The notes under the pieces were generated by a model. It worked only from the letters and a program-made list of their open reading frames with translations, searched no databases and was not told the DNA's origin. A DNA stretch of 53,946 bases. Origin: an uncultured Bdellovibrionales bacterium (lineage in GTDB: Bacteria; Patescibacteriota; Minisyncoccia; Moranbacterales; DUUL01). Positions 8,572-18,658 of this stretch are shown piece by piece. A program made the translations under genes and the position numbers. The stretch's first letter is position 1, and each line of letters opens with the position of its first letter. Location: positions 1-53,946 of the forward strand of contig CAZDHE010000003.1 of the NCBI GenBank assembly GCA_964505305.1. Direction: 5' to 3'.

Positions 8572-9854
8572 TAAAAAATTTGATCGCAGCCTTTTTGGTA
8601 AGAATATTTTACTAAATCTCCCCTTCTTATTTTTTCCCCTCCGATTTTTTGCAAATCGCCCTTGATGTCAAAACTAAAACGGCTTTTTCCAACAAAGGTT
8701 TTTTCTTGTCTATTTAATCTTTCCACTACCAAATCCATTTCCCGATCTTTAAAATTGGCTAACTTTTCTTCTCTTAATTTATCGCTCAACTCGCGAAGAC
8801 TCCGGGAGCGAGCAGTTTTATCCGCTTTTGAGTTTTTGGATCGCAATTTTGCCGCCGCGGTTTTTGGATGCTCGGAATAAGTAAATACATGGATTTTGGA
8901 AAATCCGATTTTTCGGCAAAATTCCCGGGTTTCTTCAAAATCATCATCCCCCTCCCCGGGAAAACCGACTACAACATCCGTGGTTAAACAAATCCGAGGA
9001 ATTTCTTTTTTTAAAAAAGCAACCTTTTGAATAAAATCTTTTTTCCGATAAGGTCTATTCATAAGCTTTAAAATTTTATCGCTCCCGGATTGAGCCGGAA
9101 TGTGAAGGTGCGGGCAAATTCGGGAGTTTTGCTTGATTAAGCCGGCAATTTCAGGGGTAATCTCGTTAACTTCAATAGAGCTTAAACGAATCCTTTTTAT
9201 TTCAGTTTCCCGTAAAATATTCTCCAATAAATTTTCTAATTTAATTTGCCCCGACTTATATCTCCCAATATGGATACCGGTCAGCACCACTTCTCTATAA
9301 CCGGCTTGCTCGGCTTTTCTTATTTCCCTTATAACATCTTCGGGATTTTTATTTATTTTTTCTCTTCTGGCGTATGGAATAATACAGTAGGAACAAAATT
9401 GGTCACAACCGTCTTGAATTTTCAAAAAATATCGGTTCTTGCTTCTGTCGGATAAGGCGATTTTTTCCTTAATTTGATTTTTTCTGTTGGCCAAGTTTAA
9501 AAAACACTCCAATTCTCGCAATGTCTCCCGGGGATGTTGATGATTAACCGAAGATAATTTAATATCCTTGTCTAAAATTTGTTCCAGCAACTCTCGATAA
9601 ACCGCTACAGCGCAACCCGTCACAAAAATTTTTACCCCGGGGTTTTCTTTTCGAGTTTTTTTAATGGCTTTTTGGCTTTTATTGAAAGCGCTTCGGGTAA
9701 CAGCGCAGGTGTTTATTATGACAAAATCACCCTCTTCTTCCCCGCCTAACTCTATTTTTTCAAAACCGTATTTTTTAACCAGCCGGGAAATTAAAATCCC
9801 GCTATCATATTGGTTAACCTTGCACCCAAAAGTGATTACTTTAAACTTTTTCAT
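8571..9854 (-). CDS. mtaB: tRNA methylthiotransferase MtaB (MiaB-like radical SAM)
   Basis: TFGCKVNQYDS, INTCAVT, VTGC, KIQDGCDQFCSYCIIPYAR, HVFTYS. Confidence 0.9.
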   Translation of the reverse strand: MKKFKVITFGCKVNQYDSGILISRLVKKYGFEKIELGGEEEGDFVIINTCAVTRSAFNKSQKAIKKTRKENPGVKIFVTGCAVAVYRELLEQILDKDIKLSSVNHQHPRETLRELECFLNLANRKNQIKEKIALSDRSKNRYFLKIQDGCDQFCSYCIIPYARREKINKNPEDVIREIRKAEQAGYREVVLTGIHIGRYKSGQIKLENLLENILRETEIKRIRLSSIEVNEITPEIAGLIKQNSRICPHLHIPAQSGSDKILKLMNRPYRKKDFIQKVAFLKKEIPRICLTTDVVVGFPGEGDDDFEETREFCRKIGFSKIHVFTYSEHPKTAAAKLRSKNSKADKTARSRSLRELSDKLREEKLANFKDREMDLVVERLNRQEKTFVGKSRFSFDIKGDLQKIGGEKIRRGDLVKYSYQKGCDQIF

Positions 9855-10352
9855 TTAATTAAGCCCTCCATTACAAAGCTTTTAAAGACAAGGATGAACA
9901 TAAAAACTTGTTGAATTTTAAGTTTGCAACTGATGATGCCCGCATATACTCAATAGTTTAATATAAACCGATAGCGAACTAAATCAGCAACTACAGAAGT
10001 CGAACTTCAGAGACTTTTAAAGAAAGGCCGGCTTGACAGAAGCGCTTAAATCAATTTGCAAATTCGACACCCGGGAATAAGAAGAAAGCCAAGATTAATT
10101 CCAATCATTCAAGGGCAATATCAAATCCTTATCCAGCCGAAGTTAAAAATCCGGATTAGAATAGTAAATAATAATCATTCAGTATTCGTTTTAAAAAAAT
10201 CCTCCTTTAATAATTTTACAGAAAACAGCGAAGAACTCTTCATAAACTTTGTAGCTCGGAAATAAAACTTTATTAAATCAATAGCTTCACTTTCTATCTT
10301 TCGGCTTTTTTATTACTCGATTTTTCCCAGCTTTGATTCCGCCTTTGTATTT

Positions 10353-10715
10353 TTACTCCAGGTTTTCCTTTACCTTTTCCAATATCTCTTTGGGTTTGTA
10401 ATCGGATTTGACTAAATAACTTTTAGCTCCCAAGGCAAGAGCTTTTTGAACATCTTCCATTCCGCTTAAATTGGTTAATAATAAAACGGGGGCCTTGATT
10501 TTTTCCCGCTTAACTTCCTCCAGAACCTCAAATCCATTTTTTTTGGGCAGAATCAGGTCCAACAGAACCAAATTGTACTTATTTTCCTTGATTTTTTCTA
10601 ACCCCTCCTTGCCATCGGAGGCGGCGTCAACCTCCAAGCCGGCTTCCTCAAAAACATCTTGGAGAGTTTCTCTCATAGTAACTTCATCTTCAACTAAAAG
10701 AATCTTTTTTTTCAT
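10353..10715 (-). CDS. Single-domain response regulator (receiver only)
   Basis: ILLVEDE, LLDLILP, LLTN, GAKSYLVK. Confidence 0.9.
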   Translation of the reverse strand: MKKKILLVEDEVTMRETLQDVFEEAGLEVDAASDGKEGLEKIKENKYNLVLLDLILPKKNGFEVLEEVKREKIKAPVLLLTNLSGMEDVQKALALGAKSYLVKSDYKPKEILEKVKENLE

Positions 10716-10801
10716 AGCATTTATTTAAAAATTACAAAGGTTTAGCAAAGTTAAATTTATTTATATTTTTTTAATCTACTTAAAGACTCTCGGGGGAATA
10801 A

Positions 10802-11722
10802 TCAACAAAGATGAAAAGAGACGTAAAAGTCAGTGCCTTTGTCTTCTTCCGAATCAAACCAAATCTTTCCGCGCATCTCTTCGATTAAAGTCTTAGCTAC
10901 GTAAAGACCGACGCCGGTACCGTCCGATGTCGCTTTAACTGCATTTTCCGCTCGGTAAAATTTCTCAAAAATACGTTTTTGGTTTTCTTTTTTAATTCCG
11001 CATCCTTCATCCTTAACCGCCACAATCACTCTACCATCCTCTTTCCACGCTTCAATTTTTACTTCGCTTTTTTCATAGCTGTATTTTGTAGCATTATTAA
11101 CGAGATTATCCAAAGCAATTTCCAGTTTTTTTCTATCCGCCTTAACGCAAAATTCATCCTTGGAAAAAAATTTTGTTTTAATCTTAATTCCCTTGGCTCG
11201 AGAGAATAACTCATTTTCTTTAACAACCTCTTTTATTAATTCCTTTAAGTCCACTTTTTCCAAATGAATTTCTTTTTTGCTTCTGCTTAATCTCGACAAA
11301 TAAATAAAATCACTAACCAATTCTGACATCTTTTCAGCGGAGTTGGTTAATCTTTGTATATACCTCTCCTGTCCTTTGGTCTTCTTTTCATTTAAAAGCT
11401 CTATGTTCCATTTTATGCTGGTTAAGGGGGTTTTTACTTGATGAGAAATTAAATCAATAAATTCTTCTTTTAGCTTATAATTGTCTATAACCTTCCTGGA
11501 AGACTCGGCAATCAAATTACCTATAAATAGAATCAATACAGCCTCGGCCGCCACCAGCAGAACTCCTTCCCTGGGATCGCTCATTGCGCTTTGAGCCCAC
11601 CAATAAGTCGCCACCATGGCAAAGATGTTAACCGCCGCCATCTCCAATAAAAGAACATCCGGCAATTTCCAAATCGAAACTCCGTACTTTTGAGCATCTT
11701 CTTTTAGTTTTTGAAACAACAT
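10802..11722 (-). CDS. Membrane sensor histidine kinase
   Basis: Two TM helices, H-box SHQVKTPLT, N-box NLVNNATKY, DEGCGI, GTGVGL. Confidence 0.92.
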   Translation of the reverse strand: MLFQKLKEDAQKYGVSIWKLPDVLLLEMAAVNIFAMVATYWWAQSAMSDPREGVLLVAAEAVLILFIGNLIAESSRKVIDNYKLKEEFIDLISHQVKTPLTSIKWNIELLNEKKTKGQERYIQRLTNSAEKMSELVSDFIYLSRLSRSKKEIHLEKVDLKELIKEVVKENELFSRAKGIKIKTKFFSKDEFCVKADRKKLEIALDNLVNNATKYSYEKSEVKIEAWKEDGRVIVAVKDEGCGIKKENQKRIFEKFYRAENAVKATSDGTGVGLYVAKTLIEEMRGKIWFDSEEDKGTDFYVSFHLC

Positions 11723-11936
11723 TTTGGAAGTTTAATTTTTAGGATTAAAAAAAATACCAACTAATTAATCACTAATGTTATGTGTTAAGGCTATCTTTTT
11801 TGAAAAACCTCTAATGTTTGACTTCCGCATTTGCAGAAGTCGAAAGTCTCTCCCCTTACTTTTTGCTTCTTGTCCCTTTTATTTGCCATTTGAGCTTTGT
11901 CATTTGTCATTTCAACCTCTCTTACCCCTTAGCTCC

Positions 11937-12791
11937 TTACAATTCCTTCATAAACGTCCTTAATTCACCCCTAATGTCATCTCTCTCTACTGCAAAAGAA
12001 AGAATGGTTCTCAGATAATTCAACGGGTCTCCGGTGGTCATCCACTCCCCGTCTTCCACTTCCTTTGCAAAGCATTTGCCTCCCTTTTTAATATAATTTC
12101 TAACAGCATCCACTACCCAAAGCTCATTGTCTTTGCCTAAGGAAGTTTCTTTTAAAGATTCCACAATTTCGGGAGTGAGAATCATTCTACCAAAACTTGC
12201 CAGGCGAGAAGGGGCTTTGTCGACATCCGGTTTTTCCACAACATCTTCCACCTGATTATCTTTATCCTTTAAGCTGATGATGCCATATTTATTCACTTCT
12301 TGCTTTTTCACTTTTTGAGCCCCCAGAATGGGCGATTGTTTTTTTTCAAAGTCTTTTACCATGCTTTTAGTAAAGGATTCTTTTGCTTTAACAATATCAT
12401 CGCCGTAACAATAAACGAAAGGCTCTTTCTCCACCAATCCGGAGGCTGATAATATAGGGGTTCCATTGCCATAAGGACCTTTTTGTCTAACATAAATAAA
12501 ATTGGCCATATCGGAAATTTTTCTTATTTTTTCCAATCTTTCAAGTTTCCCTCCTTTTTCAAGTTCATTCTCCAATGCCCAGCTTTGATCAAAGTGGTCC
12601 TCTAAGGGCTTTTTATCCCACTTAGTTACTAAAATAATATCTTTTATGCCGGCCTCCACTAATTCCTCCACAACAAGCTGAATAACCGGTTTATCAACTA
12701 TTGGCAGCATTTCTTTGGGCATAGATTTAGTAGCAGGCAAGAGCCTAGTTCCGGATCCGGCCACTGCCACTACGGCTTTTTTGATTTGCAT
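11937..12791 (-). CDS. galU: UTP--glucose-1-phosphate uridylyltransferase
   Basis: AGSGTRLLPATKSMPKEMLPIVDKP, VRQ, VEKP motifs. Confidence 0.88.
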   Translation of the reverse strand: MQIKKAVVAVAGSGTRLLPATKSMPKEMLPIVDKPVIQLVVEELVEAGIKDIILVTKWDKKPLEDHFDQSWALENELEKGGKLERLEKIRKISDMANFIYVRQKGPYGNGTPILSASGLVEKEPFVYCYGDDIVKAKESFTKSMVKDFEKKQSPILGAQKVKKQEVNKYGIISLKDKDNQVEDVVEKPDVDKAPSRLASFGRMILTPEIVESLKETSLGKDNELWVVDAVRNYIKKGGKCFAKEVEDGEWMTTGDPLNYLRTILSFAVERDDIRGELRTFMKEL

Positions 12792-12848
12792 TTTAATATT
12801 TTTACTTTTTAAACAAATTATAAAGTTGTAAAAAATTGAGTAAAAAAT

Positions 12849-13160
12849 TTACCTACCATTTTTCAGAACCGTGTCCACCTTCAAAAAGTCATCCTTTTTT
12901 CTTGGAAAATTTCCTTTAATAAGTTCTAATTCATTTTTATCTGCCTTTTCAACCTCATCTTGCCTTAAGTGAGATTTTTTTTGATTGTAATGATCAAAAA
13001 AATCCACTTTTTCAACCGGCGCCTCTTGAATATAATTAAAGTATTCCAGAATTTCTTCCAATTCCTCGGTGAAGCCGGTTTTTTCTTGCTCAGTCAAGCT
13101 TATCCTGGATAGATTGGCTATTTTATCCAATTGCTTGGAAGTAATATTTTTTTTCATCAA
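12849..13160 (-). CDS. gatC: Asp/Glu-tRNA amidotransferase subunit C
   Basis: IANLSRISL...LEEILEYF...LRQDE...FLKV pattern; ~100 aa. Confidence 0.8.
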   Translation of the reverse strand: MMKKNITSKQLDKIANLSRISLTEQEKTGFTEELEEILEYFNYIQEAPVEKVDFFDHYNQKKSHLRQDEVEKADKNELELIKGNFPRKKDDFLKVDTVLKNGR

Positions 13161-13203
13161 GATTAATTACTTATAAGAATAATTCTTGCAAATTTTTCAA
13201 CAC

Positions 13204-13527
13204 CTACTCATTCTTTGCTTTTGACATTTTAGTCCTGTTTTCCTTGAGTCTCTTTTCGATAATTTTAATATTCTCTGTTTGTTGAAATCTTTTTTTATCA
13301 AGAGTTTCTTCTTCTTTTTTGAGTCTTTCTATTTCCATTTCCAAGCGTTCCTTTTTCTTGCCAAGTCTTCTTTTCTCCACGGCAATTTCGTTTCTGCGAT
13401 TGTCCAATCTTCGCAACTCTGCCGTTGAGATATTTTTTTGTCCTTCCAGTTCTCTATTTTTATTTCTTAGCGCTCTTTCATCTTCATTTGGCATAAATTT
13501 AGGTAATTCAAAGTTTATAAAATCCAA
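13204..13527 (-). CDS. Hypothetical coiled-coil protein
   Basis: K/E/R-rich heptad pattern; co-oriented with neighbours. Confidence 0.6.
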   Translation of the reverse strand: MDFINFELPKFMPNEDERALRNKNRELEGQKNISTAELRRLDNRRNEIAVEKRRLGKKKERLEMEIERLKKEEETLDKKRFQQTENIKIIEKRLKENRTKMSKAKNE

Positions 13528-13639
13528 GAGTATTCATCAATAATAATCCCTTTTAAATTCGGTTTTATGGTAATTATTGCTTTCTATCCAATTTGTTAAC
13601 TCTTCTTAAAATCTAAAATCAACATCAATAAAGCGCTTC

Positions 13640-14065
13640 TCAGCCCAATATTTTATTAAAAAACCGCCCGATTCCAAAAATTTTAAAGATAAAAATAAAA
13701 ATACCCAAAACTATGAAAATGTCAGCTAAATTAAAAATCGGAAAATCTCCTATTTTGAAATAATCCACCACGCAACCAAAACTAATTCTATCTATAAAAT
13801 TAGAAACAGCTCCTCCCAAAACCAGAAATAATGGCCAGTTATAATTAAAGCTGAAAATTAAATAAAATAATCCCAACAGAGCAATTGTCCACCCCATCCA
13901 AAACAACAATCCCTCTAAAGGTATCCCCCAAGAAAGCAAAGGATTGCAAACAAAAGAAATTCCAAAAAAACCTTCGCTTTGAGACAAAAAGCCTCGACTC
14001 ATCAAAACTTTAAGAATTTGATCGGGGATAATAGCCAGGAAGAGAAGAAAAAGTTTATTTTTCAT
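13640..14065 (-). CDS. lspA: Signal peptidase II (lipoprotein signal peptidase)
   Basis: DQILK, GGAVSNFIDR, VVDY, FNLAD catalytic motifs. Confidence 0.88.
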   Translation of the reverse strand: MKNKLFLLFLAIIPDQILKVLMSRGFLSQSEGFFGISFVCNPLLSWGIPLEGLLFWMGWTIALLGLFYLIFSFNYNWPLFLVLGGAVSNFIDRISFGCVVDYFKIGDFPIFNLADIFIVLGIFIFIFKIFGIGRFFNKILG

Positions 14066-14417
14066 TTTTACTTTTGCAGGTTATACAATTTTTAGCAGCC
14101 GGGTAAACTTTCAACCTTTCCAATGGAATCTCTTCATTGCAATTCTCACAAATTCCATATGTCCCCTCTTCTATTTTCCGAAGAGCTTCTTCCACGTTCT
14201 TAAGATCTTTTTCCAAAGATTCAGTAATACCCACTCGGGTAGCATAATCCTCTACCTCTTCGGCATTGTCCTCTTTATCTCTTCCATAGTCTTCATATTT
14301 AGCTTCGTAGTTGCCGTCTTCTTCTCTATTGGCAATCCTGTTTAAATCTCCTTCCAGCTTTTTCTTTTCCTTCAAAAGCTCCTTTTGAAGAACCTGCTGA
14401 GTTTTTTGATCTATCAT
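14055..14417 (-). CDS. TraR/DksA C4-type zinc finger protein
   Basis: ALRKIEEGTYGICENC...IPLERL...PAAKNCITC. Confidence 0.88.
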   Translation of the reverse strand: MIDQKTQQVLQKELLKEKKKLEGDLNRIANREEDGNYEAKYEDYGRDKEDNAEEVEDYATRVGITESLEKDLKNVEEALRKIEEGTYGICENCNEEIPLERLKVYPAAKNCITCKSKNEK

Positions 14418-14460
14418 AAAATTTATAAATTATTTTTTAAACGCTTTTCTCCTGTTGGTA

Positions 14461-14489
14461 ATTGTACCATCGCATTTTTTTAAAGGCAA
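14461..14489 (-). promoter_or_regulatory. Putative sigma70 promoter (extended -10) of the DksA-like/lspA unit
   Basis: Minus strand TTGCCT-17 bp-TACAAT with TG upstream of the -10. Confidence 0.55.
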
Positions 14490-14681
14490 GAGAGGGGTAA
14501 ATTTAAAAATAACTCATAATCGGCAAATATTTTATCTTTGACATTGATTTATTGATTTTGCACATTTCTGCCAACCAGCCTTTTTCAAAAAATCCCTGAG
14601 GTTCGACTTCAGTCCGCTTACTGCTTACTCCTTATCCTTTGATTCCTTCCTCGCACCCCTTATTTTTCAATTCTTGCTTTT

Positions 14682-15830
14682 TTAAATTTGCAACTCCATC
14701 AAATCCCGGGTTTTTCTATCTATAAAATACAACTTATCCTCTTTTTTATTTACTAATAAATTAACCGCATCAACAGAAATCTTTTCTTCTATGGTATCGA
14801 TTAAGCGTTCTTTCTTTCCTGTTTCTATGTCAATTTTCCAAAAAGTGTCTTGGGAATAAAAATTTTCCTCTTGCCAGCTTTTAAGCAAGTCTCCGTCTTC
14901 CTCTCCTTGGGAAGAAAAACCTGTTATCATCCCGCAATACAAAGACTCTTCATCTTCCGACCAAGCACACTTTTCAATCGTTGTCGGAAAATTAAAAGTA
15001 TAATAATTATCATTTTTCATATCCAAATAACCCAAATCCAGACCCTCTTCCTTTTTATGAGATATTAACAACTTATCTCCGCTTGGAGACCACTTGCAAT
15101 CAAAACCCTCTTTCCATTCTATTAACTCCGTCTTTTCCCTCTCGGTTAAATCCACCAAAAAAACTCCTTTTTCTTTTTCCGTTTTATTGTTTTTAGGATA
15201 ATACAGAACCTCCTTGCTTTCCGGCCTTGTTTTTAAAGAAATTTCCGCAAAATCCGTATCTATTATCTTTTTCCAGTTTCCGCCCTCCGCATCGGAGACA
15301 TCAATCTCGGAAACATCGTTTTCTTTGTCTTGAAAGTGATACACCAGCCCTCCTTCTAAAATATTCCAACCCGCTTCTTTTATCCCTCCTTTTAGATCAG
15401 CAACCTCCCCGTCGGAAAGATTAAAAACTTTAAAACCCTCCTCCGTTTGAATCAACGTCCTACTTCTATCAAAAGACCATTTTATATTTTTAATATTCTT
15501 AAATGGGTAAGACTCCAAATTTTCTATGAAAACCTCTTTACCGGGAGTTAATTTTAAAAAATTATTATTATTGTAGTATAAAACATTGCGCTTATCTCTA
15601 TCAAAGACAACACTGTTAATTTCACCTTCGGCTATTTTCCTTATTAAATCACTATTCAGATTCGCGCCTTCTTGTTTTTGCTCTTTAGGCTCTTCTCTTC
15701 TTTCCGCTTCTTCGTTAACAATTTCTATGGGTTTTTTATTATCCTCCCTTAAAAAATACCACCCTCCGGACAACAGCACCAGCAAAACAAAAAAGCTGCC
15801 GGCTATTATGAAAATTTTTTTGCTTATCAT
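14682..15830 (-). CDS. Membrane-anchored beta-propeller (TolB/WD40-like) protein
   Basis: N-terminal TM helix; repeated KWSFD, KWSPSG, AWSED blade motifs. Confidence 0.7.
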   Translation of the reverse strand: MISKKIFIIAGSFFVLLVLLSGGWYFLREDNKKPIEIVNEEAERREEPKEQKQEGANLNSDLIRKIAEGEINSVVFDRDKRNVLYYNNNNFLKLTPGKEVFIENLESYPFKNIKNIKWSFDRSRTLIQTEEGFKVFNLSDGEVADLKGGIKEAGWNILEGGLVYHFQDKENDVSEIDVSDAEGGNWKKIIDTDFAEISLKTRPESKEVLYYPKNNKTEKEKGVFLVDLTEREKTELIEWKEGFDCKWSPSGDKLLISHKKEEGLDLGYLDMKNDNYYTFNFPTTIEKCAWSEDEESLYCGMITGFSSQGEEDGDLLKSWQEENFYSQDTFWKIDIETGKKERLIDTIEEKISVDAVNLLVNKKEDKLYFIDRKTRDLMELQI

Positions 15831-18658
15831 TTTTCCTTTTTTAAGTTTTCAAACAGTCTTTTTCTTAACTCTTCGTCTTCGAAAAAATAAACACCATAAA
15901 GAACAAACCAAAACAAAACCGCCAAAACAGATAATTTTAATAAAAATATCGTATATTCGGGGGCGTTTTTATAGGTAGAGGCCAAGAAAAATCCCAGTGA
16001 ACCCTCCCGGGCGACTTCATCTTCGGGATTAGAGTCATTGGTAATTCTAAGGGTTATGGAATCTTCTTGGAAAAGGTCTTTGACTTGATTGGGCTCTATT
16101 CCCCAGGTTTCTTTTAAGTCTTCCTTGAAAGAGCTATTAAACACTTTTTCTATCTCCACCTTTACTCCAAGATTATTGCCGGGTTTTTCAGGAATTTTAA
16201 AATTCATCTTTTTTCCCTCCAAAATAATCTCCAATTCTTCATTACTTGAAATAAATTCTTCATTTACCTCGGCGCCATTCAAATACCAGGTTAAATCAAC
16301 CTCTTCTTCGCTTAAATAACTGGGCACAAAATCCGCTCTTATTTCAGCCTCTTCTCCGGCAGTTCCCAAAAAAACACTCTCCGAACTCCCTCCCTCTTCA
16401 CTTCCATCATCAATCACTCTAGGCCAAACCTTAGAAGTGTCATCGCTTTTAATTATAGGCAAAGGCTCCGACACGCTCAAAGATCGATCTGAGGAAATAT
16501 CCTTCCCTTCTTCTTTTTCAGCTTTTAAGGAGATTTTGTTAATACCCTTGTCTCCCCCAATAACAGGGAAAAAGAAGGTCTCGCCAAAAGAACATCCTCC
16601 TTCAAAGATACACTCGGAAGAATTCAGAGGAGCGTTTGCTTTATGGCCATTCATCTCCCAAATATGACCTTGTACCTCCTCTTCAAAATCAGCTTCCGCC
16701 ACTACCAACTGAAAAGGATAAACAGGGCATAGCTTGCTATAAAGACCGTCATTGCAAATCTCCTCCCCTTTTTCATATATTCCGTCCGGTCTTTGAATCA
16801 CATCATAAAAACGTATATTGGTATTATTTAGAACCACCGGCACATCAGCTTTGGAAACACTTACGATATTACTGGTCTGACTTTTCTTGGTTCTTAAAAA
16901 AACCTTAAAGTAAAACTTTTCGTCACGTAAATCTTTACTCTCTAAAAAATCCTGGGTAGGCTTAAAGTTAAATTCGTTTAAACCCAGCCCTTCGATGTAA
17001 GAGTTGGAAATTAGATCCGGAGCGCAATCTTGAGTCACATCTCCTTCCCCACAATCTTCCGTCAGCCACTCCGATTCGTTCTCGCCGATCGAGGCATCCT
17101 CGGTACAAGTTTCCAAATTATCCTCTTGGCAATAATAAACATCCCAATCATAGTAAACAAAATCCTCATCTACGTTTTCCGATTCAATGCTAGATTCCAT
17201 CTCTATCAAACTCGTAAAAGATTCATTGCCCGTATCAGCCTGGGTCTTGGAAGGTTTGAAATCTAAAATCGTATCTAACTGCCCCTCGGTTTCTTCATAA
17301 ACCGGCTTAGAGGCCAAGTAGGTGTACCCTAAATCCTGAGATTCGTTATCGCACCAATCGTTTTTCATAAAATCATCCTTGGGGTCTCCGTCGTAATCCG
17401 GCTCATCCGTACAAATACCTATGCCCGCCCAAGTTATTTTGTAATAAGAATTTAATCCCGCCTCCTTATTTTCCGTAAAGCCATCGTTGAATGTCTGATT
17501 GGTTTCAAAATTGATGCTTTGAGATGCTTCGGAAGAAGAAGAATCAGAAGAGCTGGAAGAAGAGCTGGAAGAGGAATTGCCCTCGCTTACGCTTGCAGAA
17601 GATTCTGACTCCGAGTCCGACTCAGCCCGAGAGTCTTGTTTCATATTAATAGAATCACTTTCGGTTCTATATTCTGTAAAACTCCCGCTTTCACCTTCAT
17701 TAGTAGGCTTCATAGAAGTACCCTCCACTAAAACTCCCACTCTATCTCCCTCTTGATAATTCCAGGTAAATTGTTTTTGTCCCTTACCGGCTAAGTCAGC
17801 CTCATCCGGCGTGCCGTCTCCGTCGGTGTCCGGGTTGTCGGGATCCAATCTCCAGCAAGCTTTTTCATTGACAGTAAATTTTCCATCCCCAATCTTATAA
17901 TCGTCTTCGCACTCTATTTCTTCTCCGGTTGCCGGGTTTTCAAAAGAATCTCCTTCCGGGGCATCCGGAAAATGATGCTCACATTCCACTATTAAGTCTT
18001 TTCCGGAACTGCTTTGTTGATATTTGTCATTTCCGGTGGGGTTGTTAATACCAAAATTATGCTTATAGCATCTGCTTATACAACTTGGATCAACTGTTCT
18101 TCTGTCAGTATCCGAATAACAAGATTCTTCAAATTGACCAATATTAAAATTTGTTCCCGGCTTCCCCCCAACTCCATCCGCTCCTCCAAAAGGAGCAAAG
18201 TAAGCCCCGGGGGCATCCTCATCGCCATTGCTATAATCCGATCCGAATAAAAAAGGATCAAAATCACCTCTTGCCACAATTCCCATAGCCCTTCTTTTGG
18301 CTTTTTCCATAGTATCTCCGTCATTTAAGTCATCCCCCTCTCTCACCAAAAACCAGGTATAATAAAGATTCTCTCTTTCGTTCTTAAAACCGGAAGGATT
18401 GGCTGTGGCTGTTACTTTTTCCCCCTCCTTGGGCTCATTATTATCAAAAAACACGTCCGTTTTAGGATAATTGGTTTTTCGATCCGCTCTCCTGAGTGTA
18501 TTTCCATCAAAGCCATACCTCTTCTCAACATCGTCCATTATTTCTCCTGAAGAAGGAATACTTATGGAATAAACAGGCAAAACTTGGGCAACCGAAAAAG
18601 AAAAAAGGATTGCAAAAAAAGTTACGCGTTTAAAAATTTTTCTCATATTTTTTTTCAT
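15827..18658 (-). CDS. Large acidic surface protein with DxDGDG Ca-binding motif, Ser-rich linker and C-terminal TM anchor
   Basis: Signal peptide, [15 protein letters not shown], poly-Ser tract, paired Cys, C-terminal hydrophobic helix plus charged tail. Confidence 0.8.
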   Translation of the reverse strand: MKKNMRKIFKRVTFFAILFSFSVAQVLPVYSISIPSSGEIMDDVEKRYGFDGNTLRRADRKTNYPKTDVFFDNNEPKEGEKVTATANPSGFKNERENLYYTWFLVREGDDLNDGDTMEKAKRRAMGIVARGDFDPFLFGSDYSNGDEDAPGAYFAPFGGADGVGGKPGTNFNIGQFEESCYSDTDRRTVDPSCISRCYKHNFGINNPTGNDKYQQSSSGKDLIVECEHHFPDAPEGDSFENPATGEEIECEDDYKIGDGKFTVNEKACWRLDPDNPDTDGDGTPDEADLAGKGQKQFTWNYQEGDRVGVLVEGTSMKPTNEGESGSFTEYRTESDSINMKQDSRAESDSESESSASVSEGNSSSSSSSSSSDSSSSEASQSINFETNQTFNDGFTENKEAGLNSYYKITWAGIGICTDEPDYDGDPKDDFMKNDWCDNESQDLGYTYLASKPVYEETEGQLDTILDFKPSKTQADTGNESFTSLIEMESSIESENVDEDFVYYDWDVYYCQEDNLETCTEDASIGENESEWLTEDCGEGDVTQDCAPDLISNSYIEGLGLNEFNFKPTQDFLESKDLRDEKFYFKVFLRTKKSQTSNIVSVSKADVPVVLNNTNIRFYDVIQRPDGIYEKGEEICNDGLYSKLCPVYPFQLVVAEADFEEEVQGHIWEMNGHKANAPLNSSECIFEGGCSFGETFFFPVIGGDKGINKISLKAEKEEGKDISSDRSLSVSEPLPIIKSDDTSKVWPRVIDDGSEEGGSSESVFLGTAGEEAEIRADFVPSYLSEEEVDLTWYLNGAEVNEEFISSNEELEIILEGKKMNFKIPEKPGNNLGVKVEIEKVFNSSFKEDLKETWGIEPNQVKDLFQEDSITLRITNDSNPEDEVAREGSLGFFLASTYKNAPEYTIFLLKLSVLAVLFWFVLYGVYFFEDEELRKRLFENLKKEK

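Noticed and set aside
17525-17625. GAAGA/GAGCTG-rich DNA tandem repeat
   Set aside because: It encodes the poly-Ser linker of the 943 aa surface protein
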